In this document: piece after piece, positions 58,470 to 64,000 of the stretch
How positions within the stretch are numbered: the first letter of the stretch is position 1
Layout: each line of letters opens with the position of its first letter
Assembly (NCBI GenBank): GCA_043228905.1
Contig: JBHGNT010000001.1
Span: 20,150,001 to 20,214,000, forward strand
DNA: 64,000 nucleotides
Direction: 5' to 3'
Source: Azolla caroliniana
Taxonomy: Eukaryota; Plantae; Polypodiophyta
Program-made: the position numbers and the translations under genes
Notes under the pieces: generated by a model
What the model was told of the DNA's origin: nothing
Databases searched by the model: none
What the model saw: only the letters and a program-made list of their open reading frames with translations

Positions 58470-61400
58470 ATGGATAACCATGGTTCGAATTACATAACCC
58501 AGCCATAGATTGGAGAGCAAGAGAAATACAATGTCGCCAAACCTGAGGATCTACTCATAAGATTGCAACCATTTCGCTACATTAGTTGCGTGAAGAAGGA
58601 CGCAAGGAAGAAATGTTTCTCTTCGCAATATCAGTAAACCCCTCCAGTTTCAATAAAGAGGAATCCACCGTTCAACTTTCAGAGAAGTATCATCATTATG
58701 TTGATGTGTTCGATAAAGTACGAGCTAATACACTTTCTCACCATCGACCATATGATTGCCCCATCTATTTACAACCGGGAAAAGAGCCACCATGGGAACC
58801 GATCTACAATTTGTCACTAACCGAGCTAGAAGTCCGTCGAGCCTATATAGAGGAGAATTTGGCAAATGGTTTCATTTGACATTCGAAATCTCCAGCCGGC
58901 GCAACCATTTTCTTCGTCAAGAAAAAGGATGGATCACTTCGTCTCATCGTAGATTACCGTGGGTTGATTAAAGTCACCATCAGGAATATATATGCATTTC
59001 CCCTTATCTCAAGTCTTTTAGAACAGATCAATGGTGCAAGGTTCTTCACAAAGATCGACTTACGAGGAGCGTATAACCTCGTACGGATCCGACCAAGAGA
59101 TGAATGGAAGACTGCGTTTCGCACCAGATATGGGCACTTCCATTCGGCCTCACTAATGCGCCAACAGTCTTCCAACACATGGCAAATGATATATTTCGAG
59201 ATCTCTTGGATGATTTTTTTATCATCTATTTGGATGATCTACTGGTTTATTCAAAGACCCAAGTAGAGCATGATTCTCATGTACTGTTAGTACTAAAACG
59301 ACTTCGAGAACATGGTCTTTATGCAAAACTGGAAAAATGTAGTTTCGGGTGCAACCAGGTAGAGTTTTTGGGCTATGTCATTTCCTTGGAAGGCATCTAC
59401 ATGGATCCAACTAAGGTCAAAATGGTGGTAGCATAGCAGACTCCGCGTTTGTTGCGAGATGTGCAATGCTTTTTAGGCTTTGCCAATTTTTACCGCAAGT
59501 TCATACAGGATTACTCAAAGCTTGTTCTGCCTCTCACACAACTTACCAGGAAGGGAAAATTGTTCATTTGGTCTAAAGAAGCGGACATTTCTTTTGAGAT
59601 TCTTAAGAAGGCATTTACATCAGCTCCTATTTTAGCTCATGTTGATCCAGAAAAACCATTCATCATTGAAGCAGACACGTCAAATTTCGCCTTGTGTAGC
59701 ATTTTTTCTGAAAAAGGCGATGATGAAAAGCTACATCTTGTGGCTTTCCATTCACGCAAGTTTGATGCCGCGGAAATCAACTATGAAATTCATGATGAGG
59801 AGCTATTAGCATTAGTGGACTCTTTTATGCAATCGAGGCAAGTCATCGTGTTCAATGATCACAAAAACCTTGCCTACTTTCAGAATGCTCGTGTGCTAAA
59901 TCGACATCAAGCTCGGTGGGCCCAATTCCTCACTCGTTTCAACTTCAAAATTACATATCGTCTGGGGAAACAAGGGAAGGCAGATGCATTATCACGGCGT
60001 TCGTATCTAGCACCACGTCCCGGCGAGCTGGCTTTCGATAACCAAAAGCAAGCAATCTTGGGACCGGCACGACTGCAAGCAACGCATGTCTTCGGTATGC
60101 CCTTGGATTCCCACGTTATCAATACCATACATGAGGACTTGAAGATAGATGTTTTCGCTCAAGCCATTCTTGCACAAATTGATCCCTCTCGAGCATCTTG
60201 TTCACAGTCGCAACAACCAAGTACGGACTATCGACAATTCGAATGTCATGATGGATTACTATTCTTTAAGAAACTCTTGTATGTTCCTAATGGTACTTGT
60301 CTCCTTCAAGTAGTCTGAAACTGTCATGACACATATACAATTGGGCATTTTGGTAGTACTAAAACACTAGATTTTGTACAACGATCAATTTGTCGAAGAT
60401 TTTGTTCAGGCTTGTGATACATGCTGCAAAGCAAAAATGCCAAGGCATCATCCATATGGTTTTATTAGAACCATTACCAATTCCAAACAAGCCATGGCAA
60501 TCCATTGCCCTAGATTTCATCACAGATCTTCCGGTCTCCAAGGGATTCAATGCGATCTTAACAATAGTAGATTGATATACAAAGATGGCCCATTTCCTGC
60601 CATGTACTAAGGAAATCTCCAGTGAAGAAACCGCCAAAATCGTCATGCGTGAAGTATGTCGGCATCATGGCCTTCCCAATAGTATCATCAACGACCGTGG
60701 ACCCCAGTTCATCTCAAAATTTTGGTAGCACCTCTTTAAAATGATTAAGGTCACTTGTAACCTCTCGTCCGGCTACCACTCGCAAACACACGGCCAAGCA
60801 GAACGAACAAATCAAACACTTGTGTAGTATCTTCAGTGCTTTTTAAGCTATCATCAAGATAACTAGGCAGATACTCTCCATTTCGCCGAATGTGCGTATA
60901 ATAACTCTATCCACTCATCGAAAAAGGTGACACCATTTTATGCTTACACGAGTTGTCACCCCCGGTGTTGTGTATTTGAAACACTAGAGTTACCTAAAAA
61001 TCCTTGTGCAGAGGATCGTTTGGAGCGGCTACGTAAGATACAAGAGGATTTATCTACTCATCTACAACAAGCTCAACAAACACACAAGGTTTACGCGAAT
61101 TGTCATTGGCTTCCATCCAGTTTTAACATTGGAGATCTGGTGTGGCTACTACGACGACACATCAAGACTACTCACCCATGCGAGAAGTTGGATTACCGGG
61201 CGATTAGGTTCTTTTCGTATTATCAGAAAAATTAATGATGTCGTTTTTTATCTTGATCCACCTCCACAACTTCGGATACATCCGGTGTTTCATAGTTCTC
61301 TCCTCGAACCCTATCAAGACAGCACCATCCCAGGTCGTATTAAACAACCTCCACCCCCGATCGAACTTGAAGATGGACTTGAGTATGAGGTTGCCGCCAT

Positions 61401-62002
61401 CCTTGATTATAAGATTGTTCACAACAAGCTCTACTATTTAGTTGATTGGCTAGGATATAGTCCCAACGAGCGTACTTGGGAACCAATAGAGACTGTGACC
61501 AATGCTCGTGCTCTTCTTAAAGACTTCCATCATCAATATCCAGACAAACCGGGTCCTCAATCCAAAACGACTCGTTACACTCGTCGTATTAAAAGGGAAA
61601 TAGTGTCATGATATGGCAAGACTCGAACCCATGACCTTATGTTACATAGTTCAAGCTCTTGACCATTAGACTATATGTTGTAATACGAAAAATATTATTT
61701 TCATTTAAGTTTTACTATTGAAAATTGATGTATATTCCAAATTTCTCTAGAACATTGATGTACTCCTGAGAACACTATAAAAGGAGGCACAAGACATTAT
61801 TTCAAACCAAATCGGCTCAACGCTAGTCTTAAACCTCCTAGCTACTATTGTATATACAAGACATAATATATATCTTCCGTTATCCTCATTCTCTCTCTCT
61901 CTCACTCACTCTTTCATTCTCTCGAGAGTTCTACACCTCCCTTAGTACTAATCCTCATCTTTTAGTACTAATTCCTTCGCTATCTTAGTATTGTTCATGA
62001 CA
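58470..62002 (+). mobile_element. Chromovirus (Tcn1-like) Ty3/gypsy, 5'-truncated: RT, RNase H, integrase, chromodomain, PPT, 3' LTR
   Basis: [55 protein letters not shown], chromodomain EYEVAAILD...YLVDWLGYSPNERTWEP (~61381-61530). Confidence 0.93.
61604..62002 (+). repeat. 3' LTR of the chromovirus (end may be 62033)
   Basis: PPT AAAAGGGAAATAG, then TGTCATGA...TCATGACA; TATAAAAGG near 61777. Confidence 0.82.
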
Positions 62003-62033
62003 GTACTTCTCTATCTTAGTACTACTCCTGACA

Positions 62034-62962
62034 CTAGCCAAGATCACGGAGGAGGAGCTGGCCAAGATCCGGATGAACGTACTCAGATGGTCGCTACGAC
62101 AAAGACACTTGCAAAAGTGGCAAAAGAAAAAACATAGTTGAACCAGAAGCACTATGAAGAAACGAAACAAGAAAAACTGGCTTTGGATAAGGTCCAAACC
62201 ACTTACCAGACCCAACTGCTGAACTATGAAGTGCAAGTTCAGGATATCGTGGCCCTCTTTAAGAAAATGAAGGAAAAAAAGAAGGTTGTCGAGGACAATA
62301 TCAAGCTTGGGGTGGAACGAATACGGATGATGGTCACGACATGGAAAGACCGGACAAAGGCAAACGTTGCCGACTACTCGATGATTGTGTGGACGCAATG
62401 GTCAAAGCAATGAACGGAATTACAGGTGCTCCGCGCAAATGCGAAGAACTGGAAAAAAACTGGGGACAATTTCTACAAGATGGAAGAAGAAAGTATAATC
62501 ACCATCCATAAGGAATTTTCAGAGAACTTTGTCTCCTTGGCAGAATCCAACCTTGAAGTTGTCCAGAGGATGATTGAAAGGCTTGAGGATGATTAGCTCG
62601 GAATGCAACTACAGTTCGAACGATATGAACGGGAGCGACGAACGCTGGAAACGGAAAAATGAGCGGCGGCAATAACTATCAATGATGAGGAGCATACTAT
62701 AGAATCGCCACCGCAGGAGGAGGAGTATCCACCTGAAGCTGGTAGGGAACAACCAAGGGAAGATGGTGTGGAGTAGGACAAAGCAGCCGGGTCGGAGCAA
62801 GAGGCAGGAACCGGAAAGGGCGTAGATGCTAAAACCGACGCAAGAACGAAGATACCTCAACCAAAAGAAGCCAGAAAACAGTAACAAGAAGAGCAACAAC
62901 AGAACGAGGACCCACTCGTACACCTGGACCAGAGCATATTGGACATACTCGTCGAGGATTGA
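62034..62962 (+). pseudogene. Family A extra 3' ORF, coiled-coil / acidic C-terminal part
   Basis: K/E/Q-rich heptad-like stretch; ends ...SILDILVED*, cf. PNILDILNDD* at 34835. Confidence 0.7.
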
Positions 62963-62996
62963 AGGGGCTAACCCTGGGTTCAACGTACAACGTATT

Positions 62997-63013
62997 GTCC
63001 CACGGGCGTGCCA
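62997..63013 (+). promoter_or_regulatory. tRNA-Arg 3'-end-like sequence (inverted PBS) at the PPT position
   Basis: GTCCCACGGGCGTGCCA-TC-TGTTGG; no purine tract adjacent to the LTR. Confidence 0.82.
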
Positions 63014-63015
63014 TC

Positions 63016-63465
63016 TGTTGGCCGGAGAGTATGAAAGAGAAGTGGGGATGAGTCGGACGCGGAACATATTAGTTATTAATTAGCTAGAATTAAAATAGGA
63101 ATGGACAGATCCGGGAGAGTTGCAACGATCCGGATCTGGACTGAACCATAGCGGGTTGCCGGTATGGCACCGTTTTGTAATCAGAACTGGATTCCTGTAA
63201 AAGGATCCGAAGAACTATTTATTAAGAGAGGGGAAATGAATATAAGTATAATTGTCTTTGAGAGTATTGTGTACCTTCCGTTCTATAATTACGGTTCTAT
63301 CTTACGTATGGAAACAATCTATGTATGTTATTAATCTAGAACCGACCCCGAAATAGTCGGATATAATTATAATTTTGCTGAAAGCATAAAACCCGTAACC
63401 ACCCTTTGATGAAGTAATCTGAAAGGACAACCTGTGTTAGTGGCTAGTCCAGCCCATGAATAATA
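63016..63465 (+). repeat. 3' LTR of the outer family A element
   Basis: TGTTGG start; ends AATAATA (likely decayed AACAACA) where copia C-like coding sequence begins. The partner LTR is not in the window. Confidence 0.7.
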
Positions 63466-63660
63466 AGAAACTCGCAACATTGTGCGATAATCGGCATCGA
63501 CACAGTAGAGGTTAAAGGTGGTTCTACTCTTGTACTACACAATGTCCGACATGTACCGGAGCTCTCAAGACCATTGATCTCGGTTAGACAATCGGATGAA
63601 GACGGCATCCGTGTCGGTTTCTCATCAGGAGGGTGGACACTCTAGAGGGGGAACCTCATG
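63466..63660 (+). pseudogene. Fragment of another copia C-family element (protease region)
   Basis: Similar to 15320-15520 (LVLHNVRHVPEL...GFSSGGWTL). Confidence 0.82.
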
Positions 63661-64000
63661 ACCCACATGTAAAAGCATCAATTTAGTATAAGAGGGGAGA
63701 ATTAGTTTCATAAGGGGGAGGGGAGAGGGGAAAATCAAAGAATCCTATTTTGTAAAGGGTTTTCTCTCGAGGAAATGGAGATTTTCTATTTTGGTATTCT
63801 TTCTTCTTCTGTGTTTGAGGAGTAGCTCTGTATGGTATTTTCTTCATAACTCTCAATTCTAATGTCCGTTTTCGACGTTCTATTGATCGTTGGAAAGCTC
63901 TTTCTGAAACTTTCCAATTTATGCCTGCAAGCTTAATTTGGTTATGTCAGTGATTGATATAAGGGTTTTTATCTTCACGGTTAGGGTTGCATGCTACTCG

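Noticed and set aside
58478-58495. GGTTCGAAT B-box-like motif
   Set aside because: Coding sequence of chromovirus pol (PWFELHNP).
63661-64000. Possible start of another LTR (TGTAAAAG at 63668)
   Set aside because: No partner, TSD or ORF within the window; cannot be supported.

Overview
No host gene is visible. The whole 64 kb is a deeply nested cluster of plant-type LTR retrotransposons; the mix of lineages suggests a non-seed land plant (inference). Six families can be resolved from LTR termini, PBS/PPT and target-site duplications (TSDs). Copia: E (Tnt1/Tork-like; one copy with an apparently unbroken ORF at the left edge, one decayed at 47025-53926), B (pol extended past RNase H, second PPT-like tract) and C (13497-55425, TSD AGGAG, inflated to 42 kb by nesting). 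Ty3/gypsy: A (non-chromovirus, tRNA-Arg PBS, extra 3' ORF), D (tRNA-Trp PBS, 4-bp TSDs) and a chromovirus. An ~11 kb tandem duplication sits in the middle. Top observations: (1) family A has no polypurine tract before its 3' LTR; that position holds a copy of the primer tRNA's 3' end (an inverted PBS), seen in two diverged subfamilies, suggesting a non-canonical priming system; (2) family D and a relative insert with 4-bp TSDs centred on CpG at 4 of 4 independent sites; (3) family D has a conserved -1 frameshift site plus a predicted pseudoknot after the protease; (4) three LTRs carry antisense tRNA-like A/B-box modules. All calls were made by eye, so novelty and lineage names need database confirmation.
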